A stretch of DNA of 64,000 bases from Haplodiscus bocki (taxonomy: Eukaryota), in assembly GCA_965655095.1 (NCBI GenBank), contig OZ296656.1, forward strand, positions 32,240,001 through 32,304,000, read 5' to 3'. The notes beneath the pieces were generated by a model. That model was not told the origin of the DNA. It worked only from the letters and a program-made list of their open reading frames with translations, and ran no database searches. Both the position numbers and the translations under genes were made by a program. Positions 11,977 to 27,000 of this stretch are shown here, one piece after another. How positions within the stretch are numbered: the first letter of the stretch is position 1; each line of letters starts with the position of its first letter.

Positions 11977-14900
11977 TTAACATACATATGTATTTACATA
12001 GGATAATCTTTCCATAAAAACAGAATGGATAGTATTGCATGTAATAGTTTTATTCGTCATTTCCGTCCTGGAATAGGGCCAAATATCCTCCATGTGTCTC
12101 GTGGGCAGTACCGTATGTGATGTCGTACATTCGCCCGTCGCAGGCGGCCGCTTGTGACACTCCTCGGGAGTGAGAGTGAATACGCCGCTTTGTAAGCCAT
12201 GAGGCAATTCTCCGCGTTTCAAAAGTCGCTCTCTAATTGTCTCATGGGGTTGAGCTGTTTGTTTTAAATAATGAGCAACTGTCTTGTCTATAACTTGATA
12301 ACAAGGTTTGCCGGAAGCCAAGCAGCCAGTTCTATAGGCATTGTCTAACATGTGCGGATGTAGTGTCAGACCTTGGAGATCCTGAGCATTTTTTGAATTA
12401 TCAGGAAGGGGGTGGGTTGTGTTGGTTGATGGCTGATTTGAATCCGAAGGGGTGGGGGGGGGTTGAGGTTCTCGTCATTCAGGGATAGGAGAGAAATGGC
12501 AGCACAGTTCGATAGGGTGAAGGTCGTGAGAATTTTGGTGTTGCGGTCCTTCAGCAAGTCCATGTGCCCAGCCTGAACAAACGGCAAATGTTTAATCCGT
12601 GTTTGATGAGCTAGCTTGAGACTGATTATTCGGGGTAAAAAGCGATGCCTGTGTGCCGTCAACTGTTTTTTCTGGCTGGATGGCCATAAATTAGTTGATC
12701 GCATCATATGATATGAGATAACTGGTCGTGTGGTAGTGATCGGGGTAAGAGCAGGGTGATGGGTCCCTTTCGTCACAAGAGAGATAGATGGGATCAACGA
12801 TCATGGGCTGCTCCTCTTCGAGAACAAATTGATTTGGGTATTCTGCCATTGCTTTCCACTTGAAGTTTTTCAAAGCCATGTTTCCTGTTTTAGTTGAAAT
12901 GATTAAGTTTTTAGTTTTAACTGAACTTTGAGAAGTGACAAATACTGAATGGAATGATTCGGAAGGTTCTGAGGGAAATAGTTTTTGGGAATTCCCGCGA
13001 AATTCAACGTCCAATAGGGGGCATTCATGCGTTACAGTAAATTTTTTATAGGCATCGTGAGGCAATTTAATGAGTAAGTTTCGCGCCATTATTCGCTTCT
13101 TCTTCTTTGAAGTGGCTGGAAAATCAGCTTGTAAGATCGAAGCTCAAACATCAGCATCATGCCCGCATGACGGTAATTTTGAGTTTTTTACATATCGTTC
13201 GAACTACGTTTATATTCCATAGGGATGAAACAATATTGTACGAAAAGAAACCGTATTGCAAGTTCATTTATGAGTGTCTATTTGGGTATCGTTACTAGCC
13301 GTCAGCGTCGAATTTCTCGTATTCTTTGTGTAGCTCGGGTCTGTACCCGAGGATTAGACCAAAATCAAACTGTCATTATATGACGCAATGTCAGCGTACG
13401 GATGGACATTGTTAATGTTTAGTGAGTTCTGCGACAGGAAACTTAGATCTTTTAGGATGGTATTTTCTGATTTCTTGACTTCATCTGTCTTTATCCAAGT
13501 TAGTTTGCTTTCCATCCCCAAGGAGATTTTGTCGAATTGTTCCTCCATTAATTTTTATGCTTCTTTATCCAGTCGAGGATAACAGCCAGGAATAAAAAGA
13601 ACCTTCCGCTCTTTGAGCGTCTTTACGGCGTATGTTCTCAGTGCAATCTTTTGTCGGCATTCAAAAGTTTTTCACCAAAAATGCCCTATGATTTGTTAGT
13701 TCAACCGGCAACTTTATTGAAGGTGCGGAAAGCATCTCTAAAAAGGTACAAAACAAAAGAGTTCAGTTGTTATATTATCAACAACCATTCTAGCACCAAC
13801 GAACCATTATTCAGCTTTTTCTGTTCGGTTTTTGGTTGAATCGGCTTTCAAAGCTATTCCAATCGAGACTGAACAAACCAGGCAAAACAGCCTGATTTCC
13901 CTAGTCCAGGAGTTCTGTGTCAGGAAAGTTGCAGAGCAATGCCGAGAGGAGGCGTTCATATTTTCCGCATTAAGTTTTGGGTCTTCAAAAAAAATAAAAA
14001 CGTCCTTACGTAACTGCCTGATAAAAACAAACCATAAATAATACTCTCTCAAATATAAATAAAGTTCAAAATCGGATTGAGAAAATCATTTTAAAAAACT
14101 TTTTCAAACACTGGTCTCCCTGGTCAGAGTAAAATCTAGTTTAGCAAAGTTGCAATAATCATGGGCTTCGGGCTGATAAAGCGCACGTCTTAGTTTAGAC
14201 TGGAGGGATGAGGATTCTACGCCTCGTAAAAGGTTTATAACACTGACATTCTTTTAATTTTTGGATTAGTTTAGACTTACGTCTCAAAGACCAGAATTGG
14301 GACCTGTGTCTATGGTGGAGCAACGTCAACACAAAGTATGAATTTCTTTTGTTCATTCAGTCTGCATGAGTTGATCATTATTTCATGATTTCAGTCCATT
14401 TGCGCTGACTGGACTCAAAAAGTAAAATGTTTTGCGAGAATAACATGCATAGTGTTTGAAATGATTACAACCTTTCTCCACTTGTACAGATTTGTGTGCG
14501 GCCTACTTGGCGGTAATTGGTTTTATTGAATAGACTACGTATTAGAAGGTTTTTGGCAAATTGCGCAAAACCGTTGAATTGCACAGTCCAGACAAAACTG
14601 GGGCGCATGTTTTCACTTCAGACATTTAACTCGGTCCGGGTAGCGCTGGGGTGGTTCTCTATTTTTAAAACTAGAAATTGAACAAAACTTTAGAGTTTCT
14701 GACTTTTTTCCGCTCCGGGAATGTCTTCTAAAGCTTCATTTACGTCTTTCCTACATGTTCTTCTCTGTCTGTGACAAATTTTGTGACGAAAATCTCATAA
14801 AAGTATGAATGCAAATTCTTTCTATTAGTTCCCTATCGCCATGACACAAAAGCGAAAGTATAGTATTCATTACAAAATTTAGTGTTTATGAACAAATACA

Positions 14901-15033
14901 AATGTGCTCACTATAAGTTATTAGTTTCACAGCAAGAGGTGCAGAAACAACCAGAAAAAATACACATTTTGGCACTTGTTTCTCACTGAAGCACGGAGGT
15001 GCAAATGCATATTAGGACACTAACACACACCAG
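11977..15033 (-). mobile_element. Decayed LTR-retroelement internal region: PBS-like site, gag remnant and long unknown ORF-X
   Basis: TGGTGTGTG PBS-like site at ~15033; knuckle-like PQFCLDCAI..FCAICQK at ~14550-14610; one stop-depleted frame from ~14250 to 11977 that links the listed ORFs 13807-14052, 13354-13548, 12691-13089 and 11977-12351. Confidence 0.5.
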
Positions 15034-18000
15034 TAAGTTTCGGCGGGAAAGATGCAATGATACAAGTGCCTATGCAATGCAATATATCTGATAGCCAGAC
15101 TAAAAACTGATTGAATTATCTGAATCCACGCTAAATTGGAGAACATCCGTATCGACGTTTTCAACCTGCAATCCAATCAGTCGTAAAAAAAACACGAGAA
15201 CGATTAATAGGACAGAATAGACTCATATAACTAAAAGTGGAACACAAGCGGAATGGAATAATGGAATTGGGAGAATTTATCAGAAACATATATCTCCGTC
15301 CGCCAAGGATAGAGAACGTAGACCAGCAACCATGTAATTGTTGTAACTCATCTACCGATAGAAAAAGAGAAATAGACACACAGTAGAACAACAGTAACAT
15401 GAAACATCCGTTCTGGTCAGACGGAGAACCATTGGTCCAACAGAGACAGCAACCGAAGCCTGACCAAATGACTCAACCCTAGTAGCGCTAAGACCTAATG
15501 ACCCCACCTTACGTTTGCTGAGATACTTTTTTTTCTGATATCTGATACTAGTTTATCCTCAGAGTAAGTATTTGCAGTGCTCAAAAGACTCTTTCAGATC
15601 TATCAACTCCATCACAAAAAAAAACAAACCTAAAAGTTTTCCCCGATGCTCCAAACTTACCATAACAGTAGAATTAGCCATCCCCATTTCAACTAGCTGA
15701 TACATAAGGTAACAAAAATTTTTCAATTTCTGTTCAATATAGGCGATTTTGCCTCATCTAGCACATGGATGGACATTTTCCGACGCAAAGAGTCGAGTGT
15801 GCTAGAAAACAATTCATGCTTAGAACAACCATAAAATCATACCTCAAACCATAATTTGAGAACGTTTTCAGTACGATAGAAGAAAAAACCGCCCTTTTTG
15901 ATTTGTTCATAGATTTGATCAGTAATTTAAATGAATTCATGCGTTTGATGTTCGAGCGTTTCAATTCCGTTTTAAACCCTAACTGGATTTTTAATGAAGA
16001 AACCAACAAACTAAGATGAATTCACAGATGGTAGAAACTATATCTGACTATCGGTAACGTGACTGCGCATTTGCGTCCTCATCCAGCTGAAACGCAAACA
16101 CTCATTCCAGAGAAAAATCTTTCCGGCGTCACACAGCAGTAACTTAGTTAACCACACAGCAGTAACAATATACCGCGTTTAGTTTTTTCATCTTGTTCGC
16201 CAGGGGCTGACATAGATTGCTTTACATATGTCCTTGCCTTTACTTCCTTTACTTATCTAACTCAATGTAAATATCAGGACGCACTAGACACTCATAGTTT
16301 TTATCACGTGTATGAGATATTTTCGTAGCACTTAAGTTTCAGGAAAGCAGGAAAACATACGAACAAACCAGCTATCCGAAAATGCCATGGACGCCAAAAA
16401 CATGAATATTGCATCCAAGCAGTCTGGTAACAGTGAAAACGACGTAGGAATTGACCGGATTCCGCCTGAATTGATTGTAGAAAGATACAGATCAAATTTG
16501 AGCCTCTCAAGGAAAGAATCTCACATCTAACGCAACTGCTCAATCTGTAAAAACTGCCTCAACAGAAGATTTTGGTGCTCACGCGCGCAAGTACGAAATC
16601 CTCACCTGACAATCAGTTGTCTCTGTAAAATTTGTTGTTATTTGATTTATCTTCGGTGAGTTCAATCAGGAAGAAGTTTTTACTAAGGTCAGATCCACAG
16701 ATTTCATAGCTTTTATTCTCATACTTAACGAATCTAATGAGATTCAAGAGTGGCTCAATGATCGTAGTGAGATACGAGGGCAAAACATCTAGAACCCTTG
16801 CGTGCATGCGGCCAATTTTTTTTCACTTATAACGTCGAATATTCAGCCTGCATTGAAATTCTTAGAAACTTCCCATGCAACATAGAAAAATTTTTACAAA
16901 ACTTCCATGCAGCATGCAAAACTTTTATAAAATTTCCATGCTCAAAACAACCAAAACTCAACAGAAATTAGTTGTCTGTGTTTTGTGATCATGTAGTGTA
17001 TAAAGGAAGGTATGTTACCGGTTAGTATAATTTACGGTGAAATGGCTCATTCATGATTGTCAATTTAGATTGTTCATTTATTGTAGTCTCACGTATTGCA
17101 GTCTCAACTTATGTACTTTTTGATCATGTATAGATCTTTCGAAAATTTCTTTTAGAACTAATCAAAATTTAAATTTCGATCATGCAGAAAAATTACTTGC
17201 ATTCATAAAATCTTGGATTAAACTTGAAGAAATTCAGAGCTGAAGGAAACTCCAAAAATACACGATAATGGTTTAGAAACCTCTGATTGTTTCCTCACCT
17301 TCTCATCGTCGTCTTCATCCAGTTTTTTCTTCTGCTTCGTAATCTTTACAGTCAAAACGGATTTTTTCGAGGAATGTTGTTTAACTTTGATCCCATAATC
17401 TTCCACATTCAGCGAGAAATCTGGAAATTGAACTATGTCCAGAATTTCCACCAAAAGCTGCCTCTTCAATTTCACCTTGTCGTGCCACAAGGATTGCAGT
17501 GATTCTAGAACGTTATTTGACAATATTATGAAACTTGAAAAATCTTTAACTTGTGTAACGAGTTTTAGTTTTGTAAAGTTTTGATACTGACATGCTGATG
17601 GGATCTTTGGTAAATAAATGTTCAAAATGTTATACAAATTTAGAATTTCGGCGTTTTGAAAATTTTTTCAATTAAAAATTGAGGTCTTTTCCTCGAGAAT
17701 GATAGACTTTTCGGAAACAATTTTTCAACAAAACCTGTTGCAATGATTCAAACAGTGTATGAGTTTCTCGATGAACCATCTTTCAGAGTTATGGGGCGGA
17801 AGTAGGTGTGGACAATTCTCAATTCAATTCCGTCGACTGAAGCTCAAAAATGATTGATCCAAAAAACGTCACAACAGTTTGACAGAAAACTTCGATTTTG
17901 AAAGACCGAACAATCAATGCCCACCACACTTAATCACTATTTCGCCCTAATAGGTTTCCAATGCGAGTATCAAAACGAATATGCTATCATACAATGACTT

Positions 18001-18624
18001 TCTACATCCTATAAACAGCTGTCGGCAAAGCCTTTTTCGATGAAATCATTTTATAGTTCTTTGTAGAAACATAACTTTTAACCTGCAGGAAATTCATATT
18101 TAATTGCTTTTGTGCAACTTCAGGCTTTCAAATTTTGAAATCAAACAGTAAAATTCAACAGAATTACGAGCGATACTCTATTCATAAATGGAGCTTTTCG
18201 ACTGAGATCTTGACGCAGCAAAAGCACATGGTAGATTCTCTTAGAAAAAGGGTGGTGTCAAAATCGACAAACATCACTTTTTGCTGATTTATTAGACATT
18301 CTCAGCCAATCTTTCTCCTTATACATGAGTAGTAGTATTAAGGGTTGATTGAGTCGGGGGGAGGGGGTTGAGTGAGTAAACTTTTACGGTCAATTACTCA
18401 ACCCACCCCGAGCCAAAAATTATTAGGTAATCGCGAGCGGAGAGACAATAATGACGTAACCGACAGGTGAATCTGGTTATTTGTAGTGTAGCACAGGAGT
18501 CGTAAGTTAGTTTCAAGTAATTTTGAACGTCGACATCGAGGTGCGACAATGGCGTAACCAATAGAGTTCAAAAGGACAACTCCTTGTCCTTTTTGCTGCT
18601 GCTGTGATGGGTCTTCAATCATTT

Positions 18625-20940
18625 TCAGCACTGTGAGACTAGAAAGGGAAAACTCTGAACAAAGACTGGAATAACTTCTTGCAATCTGAGAAAATTCAGA
18701 GTAGGGAACTTTTTAACTGTTCATAATCGCCGATATAACGAATTTTTTGGTGACAATTCCGAGGAACTGTGAATTATTCTGCAAATTTTGGCACTGTGAA
18801 ACTTGGTTGAAAAATTTTGAAACAGGCGAAAGAATGACAATACTTGTTGAATCTTTGACAATTTGCACGACCGGATCTTAACATGGAGAGCCTAGACTTT
18901 CTGCACTGTGAAATTTTTGCTTACAAACTTCGGAAATAGCAATATTTTTGAAGTTTTCGGCACTTGCCGACTTGATCGAAAAATTTGAAATCAGCAAGGA
19001 GTAGAAAAAAAACTTCAGTTTAAAAGTTTACACGTAGAGAACCTGTTTAATGGTCTTTGAGCTTAACTGATAAATAGAACTTCTCTTTATTATTCCGTGA
19101 AACTGTAAAACAACCGGTACTTTCGGCATACTGAAACTCGAGAGGGAAAATTTAAAAGAAAAATTTTTGAAATAAGTTATTGCATTTGGATGAAATTAAT
19201 GTAGGGAACATTTTTCACACTGTATAATGTTGCAGATAAATCGAACTGTTTATGGCAATTATGAGGAACTGTGAATTGTTCCGACAATTTTGGCACTCTA
19301 AAAATTGATGGAAAGATTGTGAAAGAAGCAGAAGAATTATTAAACCTGTTAAAGTTTTGACAGTTTGAACGTCCGGATATTAATCTGGAGAGTTTAACTT
19401 TGCTGAACAGTGGAATTTCTGCCTGAAAATCTCAGAAATTGTAACTGTTCTGAAATTTTCGGCTTTGTGAGACTTGATAGAAAAGTTTGAAGTCAGCAAG
19501 GAAGAGAAATATTCTTTCTACAATTTGAAAGTTTAAACGTAGGGAACTTGTTTAATTGTCTTTGATAACCCTGATAAATTTAGCTACTTTAATACTTTCC
19601 GAGAAACCGTAACACGTCTGGCATCTTTGGCTTTGTGCAACGTCAAGGCAGAGTAAAAAGCCGGCAGCATAGTGAGAAAACCTATTGCCATTTTCAATTT
19701 TTACGTATAAATACGTTTTACAGCTTTTTTGTCGCTGATAATTTAAATATTAATGGCATTTGTGAGGAATTTAACTTCTCTGATATCTTCAGCACCGTGG
19801 AGCCCATTTGCAACATTTCAACTAGCTGAAAAGTGGACAAACTGTTACTGCTCAAAAGTTTAAACGTAGCAACCTTGTTTCAAGTTTTCATTAATGCCGC
19901 TCATCAGAAACTTCCGTTCTAAATGTTCCAAACTACCACCGTTCTAGAGACTTCGCCATTGTGAGATTCGGAGAAATTATTTAAAGGCGGCAGCAAATTG
20001 AGTAAACCCTTTGCAAAAATATTTTATGGAGAGCACTGTGAAAGTGCCTGTTGTTGGTGAAAAACGGAACTTTTAGTGAAAGCTATGATGAACTGCAATT
20101 TTTCAGATAGTTTTAAAACTGTGAGTGTTGATGGATGAAAAGGATTCAGCAGAAAAATTAAAATCTTGTCGCAAGTTGAAAGTGTTTGAGCATGCAACAT
20201 AAATCATATAGTTTATACTTGTGGATGAGTAGAATCTGTACATTTCAGAGAGACTGTAACCTTTCCAACACTTTCATCACTGTGATACTCAACGGAAAAA
20301 ATAAAGAAAGCCATATTCCGAGAAAACCTTTTAAATTTGAAGCTTTGAACGTTCAGCACTTTATAGAGTGTTTGATAGTGCGTATAACTAGCATCTTTAT
20401 TGGGAAATTCAAGAAGAAATTAAAGTTTCCAACAGTTTCAGCACTGTGCGACTCTTTCGAAAAAATTCGATGAGGCAAAGACTGAAAAACTGTTACAACC
20501 TGAAAGTTTAGAGGGGAAGGTCATAGTTCAAAGAATTTAGCTGTGCTGGTCTTCCAAAACACTGCTGAAAAAGTTATGAAACTCTAAAGTTTCGAAACCT
20601 TCGGCACTATTGGATTTGGTGAGACATTAGAAGGTCAAACGTAAGGAAGTAACCTACTTAATAGCGAGCAATATTGCTGAACACTAAAAACTCTGTGAAC
20701 CAACCAATGAAACTGAAACCTTTCTGGATCTTCCGGCTCCACGAGACTCGATGGAGGTTTATGGAGACCGTAAAGAAAAGAGAACATACCTCCTTGGGAA
20801 AGACTCAACTCTGGGAGTTTGTTTCTTAGTCTGCCTTAACTTCTCTTGAAGAAAAATCTACAGAATGTTGTGAGAAAAAACAACTTTGTCAACATTTTTG
20901 CCACTGTGAGTCTCGTGTGAACGATCTGCAAGTTTGACAA
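18625..20940 (+). repeat. Degenerate ~165-bp tandem array in the left outer arm, mirrored at ~30340-31790
   Basis: A gcactgtgagact-like motif recurs at about 18627, 18790, 18959, 19125, 19292, 19461, 19629, 19791, 19955, 20116, 20276, 20440 and 20604. Confidence 0.7.
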
Positions 20941-21013
20941 GGAGATGCATGTTCATGGGAAAAAATTCAATTTGCTGGATAAGTATTAGGACAAGTACTT
21001 TGCTTACAGAGTT

Positions 21014-24000
21014 TGTTTCCACACCAACAGATGACAAACACCAACCGCGAAATCTGACATGGTTTTCTCAGAATAATCGTCAATAAAACCAAAACAGAAA
21101 GTACTCAGCGTGCTTTCTGGAGAATTTACTTGGTTCTAAGAAAAGAAATTGAGAATCTCGCTTTCAAAATATTCAAATGACTTCATAAACAGAATGATGT
21201 ATGCGCTCCTGAAAGTTTCAGGACTGTGAGACCTGCTCCGAAAAACCTGAGCAAGGACTGATTGTATTCTTTCTTTCTTTGGTTGAAAATATTTTACTTC
21301 GGAAAACTCATTTTGTCGACCAATGTCACGACCTAACAAAGGTTTTCATTCAGAAATGCAAAAAGTTCAGCATTTTTGTCGATCTCTGCACCATGTTACT
21401 TGGCACAGAAACTCCTAGGAGAAAAAAACAAAAAGGTGTAAGTTGACGTTTTTTCTGGATATATATCTTTTTTTTCGTAAAATCCAACTTTTGCACCAGA
21501 GTGATAAATGAAAGAAATTCCACGCAGGAATACGAAATCACTTTTTGCAAAGTTTTGTGCAATGTCACGCCATTTACATTTTTCCAAGCGTGTAGTTGAA
21601 AAAAGCATGAATTTGCCAGGACTGGCTTTATAGACAGATACTTGAGCTGATGTTGATCTGAGCGTTAAAAACAGTAGTCCCTTCATTTCTTGAAGTCACA
21701 CTTCTGGTAGAGTCCTTTTCCGGAATTAGAAACTGTTGGTTCAGAGTAGTCGAAGGTAGATTACAGCAACTCTTATCACCTACTCCCCTCGTGGAACAAC
21801 AAAGGTTAAACTTTTTTTCATGTATTTCTATCAGCATCAGTGAACTTTGGAAAAATTCATTGTTTCCAACAAAAGCTTGGTGAAAAAAAATTCGTAAAAA
21901 AACCTTGTGGGATTGGAGCTAGTGTGTTTTTCTGGTTGTCGACAAAGTTCCCCTGGTACTTTGTTAACATTTAATTTTCTAAAATTTGGGACACTAGGAC
22001 GCAAATGTCGTAAATGTCCTCAGTGAGAATTTATGTATAGGATCCATACAGAAGGCAACTTTACGATCGTAAAAACTTGAGCTTCTGACGAAATGAAAAC
22101 AAAAACATGAACTATTCTGCCCCTAGGAACCTACAGACATAAACGAGAAAACAAGCAATTGCACACGGAGACTGGTTTTTGGAAACTGTTGGAACAGTTG
22201 CAGTCAATGATAGTAGTGATCGATTGATTAATCAGGGAAAAAAGGTTCCCAACTTTTAAAATTGTTAGCGAAAGAGGACATTGTGCTGCTGAGATCACTC
22301 AAAAATCGAGACAAAACATACTTTAGATAAGTTTTTGATTATTCTAATTCATCTAAAAACTGCAAAAGCAAAAATCTGATGGTTTCCACAAACGGCAGCC
22401 CTTTTCCACGATGGAAAGTCATTGGAGTTAAAGCAACTTCCAAAACATATTTCTCGTTAGTCTCAGTTTTTTCCTCGGGAAGTGGTTTTTGTTTTGTATG
22501 TAAACAAGGACAATTCACCTGGAGATAATTGGAGATGGGATTTCTCTGAGAAACGTTCGTTTGACAGGTTGGATTTTTTAAGGTGTATAGAGTGAACAAT
22601 ATTCATGATTGAAGAAATTTTCGAGCTGCAATAAGCTCGAACAAAAGCATAGATTCTCGATCGGAGCAAATTTCCAAGAGACAGGAAAAAAACACTTTGA
22701 TCAGGATTTCTGGCTTGTGAAACCTGTAATATCGAAATGGGTTTTTCATTAGAGAGATTGCTTGCCCTCAACACAAAAATCTCTGTCTTTCGTTTTCCCT
22801 CTCTCAACGTCTCTAAATGTGTTGGCTGAAGATTGCCATGCTAGTAATAACTTTCCGTTCAATTTGAAAACAACTCAATTTGTTTTCCAAGAGCAGCCGA
22901 TCATCAAATGTTTGAGAAACTTAGAACGACTTTTCAGTGTTGGACTACTTCTTTCACAATCGTAGAAATGTACAGAAACTCGGCTCAACTTTTCTAACTG
23001 CAGGCATTTTTTCGAAAAAAAACAGGCAGATAAAGTTTTCAATCCAATACTTTTTGGTGGGACACTTCTGGTTGACAATTTTTTCTTTTTCGAATGTTAT
23101 TTTTCTGAGATTGTTCATTGCACGAAGTTATTTTAATATTGGCCAACCTAAGGCGACATTTGGCAGGTTTTGTTTTATTTAGCCCAGCTAATATACTGTA
23201 GGGAATACTAACATGAACCTCTTTCTTCCTTAATATGAAGAAATCCATAAAAATTCCCTGTGTCTCCAGACTTATCTCAATCCACATTTTAGATTTCGTC
23301 AAAGACTAGCATAATAGCTTTGGAATCTTACTGAAGGTTTTTCACCTACTTTTACTATTCCGCAGCTTTTCACTTTCTCCCTTAATTGTTTCAACATCAG
23401 TTATTGAACTTGCTTTTCGGCACAAAACGAAACTTTCTTGTAACACATCTTTTGCACTTTGGGTGACCGGTTCTCGTTACAAAAAGGGAAAGCCGAAAGA
23501 GCACAGAATTTTTTTGAAGGTTGTGTTTGATTTTTCAGTGGATGTCATTACTGGCGTGTTTTAACCAAAACCTGAATGCAGCAATGTTGGCACCTAAGGG
23601 AAGTGTGGATATCTTGGGAGAAACAGAGATCAGGGTTATGCATACAAGTGTTAGCATTGCTCAGCTATACTTCAAGTTGTCAATGTTCTTTTCGCAGAGC
23701 AACAGCGGTTTTTCAAACTAGCTTGCCAAAATGAGTTTATAAATTTGAAAAAACGATACTGATCTAGTTTTTTGAAAGCAGTGGATTGCTTTTGTTTTAG
23801 TTTTACATTCCTAAATAGGTTTTGAAATGGTTGATCTTTTTCGAAGTGAGTGTGGGTGTACTAATTTGTTATAAAACACCTAAAGAATCATGTTTTTTTG
23901 AGGAGGGTGACTACCAATTCCAAATTCGCCAAAAAAGGCACAACTGCAACAATCAATTTTTTCGCCGAGTTTAGGGGAATAATTTGCTCATTTCATTTTT

Positions 24001-24060
24001 GCTTCAGGCAAAAAAATGAACCATGTGGAAACTTCAGAAAAGGTTTTGAACGAACCTGTG
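21014..24060 (+). repeat. Near-identical inverted arm, left copy (partner ~27290-30334)
   Basis: Only scattered substitutions over ~3 kb; many mirrored spurious ORFs translate identically. Confidence 0.95.
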
Positions 24061-27000
24061 TGATAAGATCTGGACATGACTTAAATTCATTTTGCCGGTT
24101 TATAAATTTGGTTTTTGAAAACAAGAGATGCCGTGTTTGCTCGGAATGATATTTTGTCTCCATTTGTCTGATGATTAATCTTGGTTGATACAGCTAACTT
24201 CAATGGTTCACTGAAAAGGCCACATTAGAGTAACCCCAATTTTTTTGTCCTAATGCTTAAAAAAGAGAAACGAAATTTCCCTAACTAAAGTTACACTCAT
24301 GAGGAAATGTCTAAGTTGCAGAAAATGACCATGTACTTTTGCATCAAACAGAGGGCTACAAAAATCATAATGAAGATTTCCGTCTGGAGGTTTGCCTGTA
24401 GGTTTAAGCTTCATTGAAGACAGTACTCAGTCTATCAATTTTCCCGATGAATTTTCCGGTGCAACCACGTTCCAAAATTTTTATTCATTCGCTCGAATGC
24501 TGATAAAAACGCTGGCACATGCTTGCTTTGTCTATATCCATTTGCAAGTCGACAGCCTCTTTCTTCAGAATTTTCCCTGATCTGTAAACGTTTTTTTGTT
24601 CCGCGGACAAATCCATCTAAGTGCAATCTCCGTTGGCCTCTTGCGGTCCGTTCAATCGAAATGAACTTCTTTTGGTTGGTTTCTCTTATCTTTATATTCC
24701 TTCTCATCGCTGACGCAGGTTTGCTTGTTTCGTTTTGTAATTTATCGCTGACGTGCTTTATTTTCCAAGAATTGAATCTGCCAAAAAAATTTCTTCTTGG
24801 CTACACAGCTTTTATCCCAAATTCCTTCGTTTTGCCTCGTTTGCCTCAATGTCTTCTTTCAAAATCACTAAAGTTTTTTGGACGGAATGCAAGTATTGGA
24901 CACTTACAAATTTGCAAAAGGGAACCGTTTGTTCATCAATTGCGTTTCCTCCAATGCTGCATTTGGCAAAAAAATTTCTGAGAAAATTTTCCGTTCGCTT
25001 TGCAATGTTTTGTTTCTTCTTCGATGTGCGCACAGCTATCCTACAGTAAACTGATCAGGTTTTATGAAGATTAGATTTCAGCACCACCTCTTGGGATTTG
25101 GAGAGCTTGCTATGGAAGTTAAGTCATTTTCGTGCTGAATTCGACAAGAATTCCAAATTCTCAAGCCCATTCCACGGGACGGTGTGTTGTTTTGCGAATC
25201 ATTCCTACCCAATTTTGTGTAGTTCTTGCTTTGTAATCAACTTAGTGCAGCTATTTTGGCAGCAGATACTTTTTTCGCTGCTGGTCAAGTGTCTGGTAGT
25301 GTACACATGAGCTTAATCGCAGTGACTCTCAGAGCAAGAAAAATTCTCATCAAAACTAAGGACAAAAAATTGTCGACAATTTCAAATGACTGCCGTAATC
25401 GAACATTTGTAGTTTCGGTGAAATTTAAAATCATTTAGATTTTTCCCTAAATTCTTTTGTTTTTCAATTATATTCACGTCTAAATGTTCCAGAGCATAAT
25501 ATTAGCCCATTTAAATTGCTCTCTTTCACTATAAAAACTGATTTCAATGGGGTTTGAAGTCAAAAAATTCGTTCCTAAAAGATATTGAGTCCTATGTTTT
25601 AGTCACTACGCCCAGGTAGTATTCAGTTCTGCTACCAAGCTGGAGTCTCCGCAAAATTTTCTGTTGGACGATGATTAGAGATGACATTCAAAATCAGACT
25701 CCCAAGTAAAATTTCACGTCTGGGGCTTCCCTCATTTATCATTTTTCACTGTTCCGAGAAAATTGTTCCTCTAATATTGTGGAACTTTGTGCCAACAAAG
25801 AACTTTAATCTCACTCTAGCTGTTGAATGACTTTTCTGAAAGCAAAAAACTCGAGCCGTAAATACACGTTTTTTTGCAAATTCGAATAATTAGGTTCCAG
25901 TTGGGACTATTGAGTGGGTAAACAAACGTTATCATAGTTCAAACGAAACGCATTTACTTCAGAGCAGTAAGGAAAACAGATAGTAGAACCAAATCCACAG
26001 TTGATCGAAAAGACCTACCCCAATGTGCTTATGTTAACAAAATCTCAAATTAATACAATCTTTAAGTTATTCTGGAAAAATGTGGGGCTCAGTTAGATGT
26101 TAAGGTAATTAAAAAACAAAAGAGTTTCGTGAAAATTCTAAACATTTCTAACTTTTATCGAAACTCCAAGTGATCGATCATCGCGGTCATTTGAACTTCT
26201 GGAAAATTTTTTTCGTCAATAATCTGATGTGCTTTTTCTTAGCTTTGAGAGTCACTCTTGTGTACAGTACGGGAGACTTGAACAGCAGCGGGGAAAGTAT
26301 TCCTTGCCAGATTATCGCCACTGATTTGATTAGCAAGCAAGAAGTACACAAAATGTGGTAGGAACAGTTTGAAGAAAATGAAGCGTGCCTCGCAATTGGT
26401 TTGAAAAAATTTAGTTCTGCTCCAGTTCAACGCGAAAATCACTTCAATTCCATTTCAAGCTCCCAAATCCCAAGAAGCTGTGATAAAAACTAATCTACAC
26501 CAAATCAAATCATTTCACTGCAGGATTGGTGGGTGTGCGCGCATAGAAGAAGAAAACAAAACATTGCCAATTGATTTGGAAACAAATGAAGAAAACTCCG
26601 TGCCGAATGCACCATTGCAGGAATTTCAATTGGTGATGAAACAGTTCCTTTTCACAAATTTGAAAGTTTTCCAAAACTTGCCTTCCATCAAGATGACTTT
26701 AGTGAACTTAAAAGAAGACATAGACACAAACGCGCCAAAATTGGAACGAAAAAACGTTTACAGATTGGGAAAGCTCTGAAAAAAGAGGCTGTCGACTTGC
26801 AAATGGATATAGACAAAGCAAGCATGTGCCAGCGTTTTTATCAGCATTCGAGCAAATGGAAAAAAATTTTGGAATATGGATGCACCGTAAAATTCATCGG
26901 GAAAACTGATAGACTGTGTACTGTCTTCAATGAAGCTTAAAATTACAGGCAAATAACCAGACGGAAATCTTTATTATGATATTTGTAGCCGTCTGTTTGA

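Noticed and set aside
17218-17637. 139-aa ORF
   Set aside because: AT-rich, non-ATG start, no motif or convincing splice evidence
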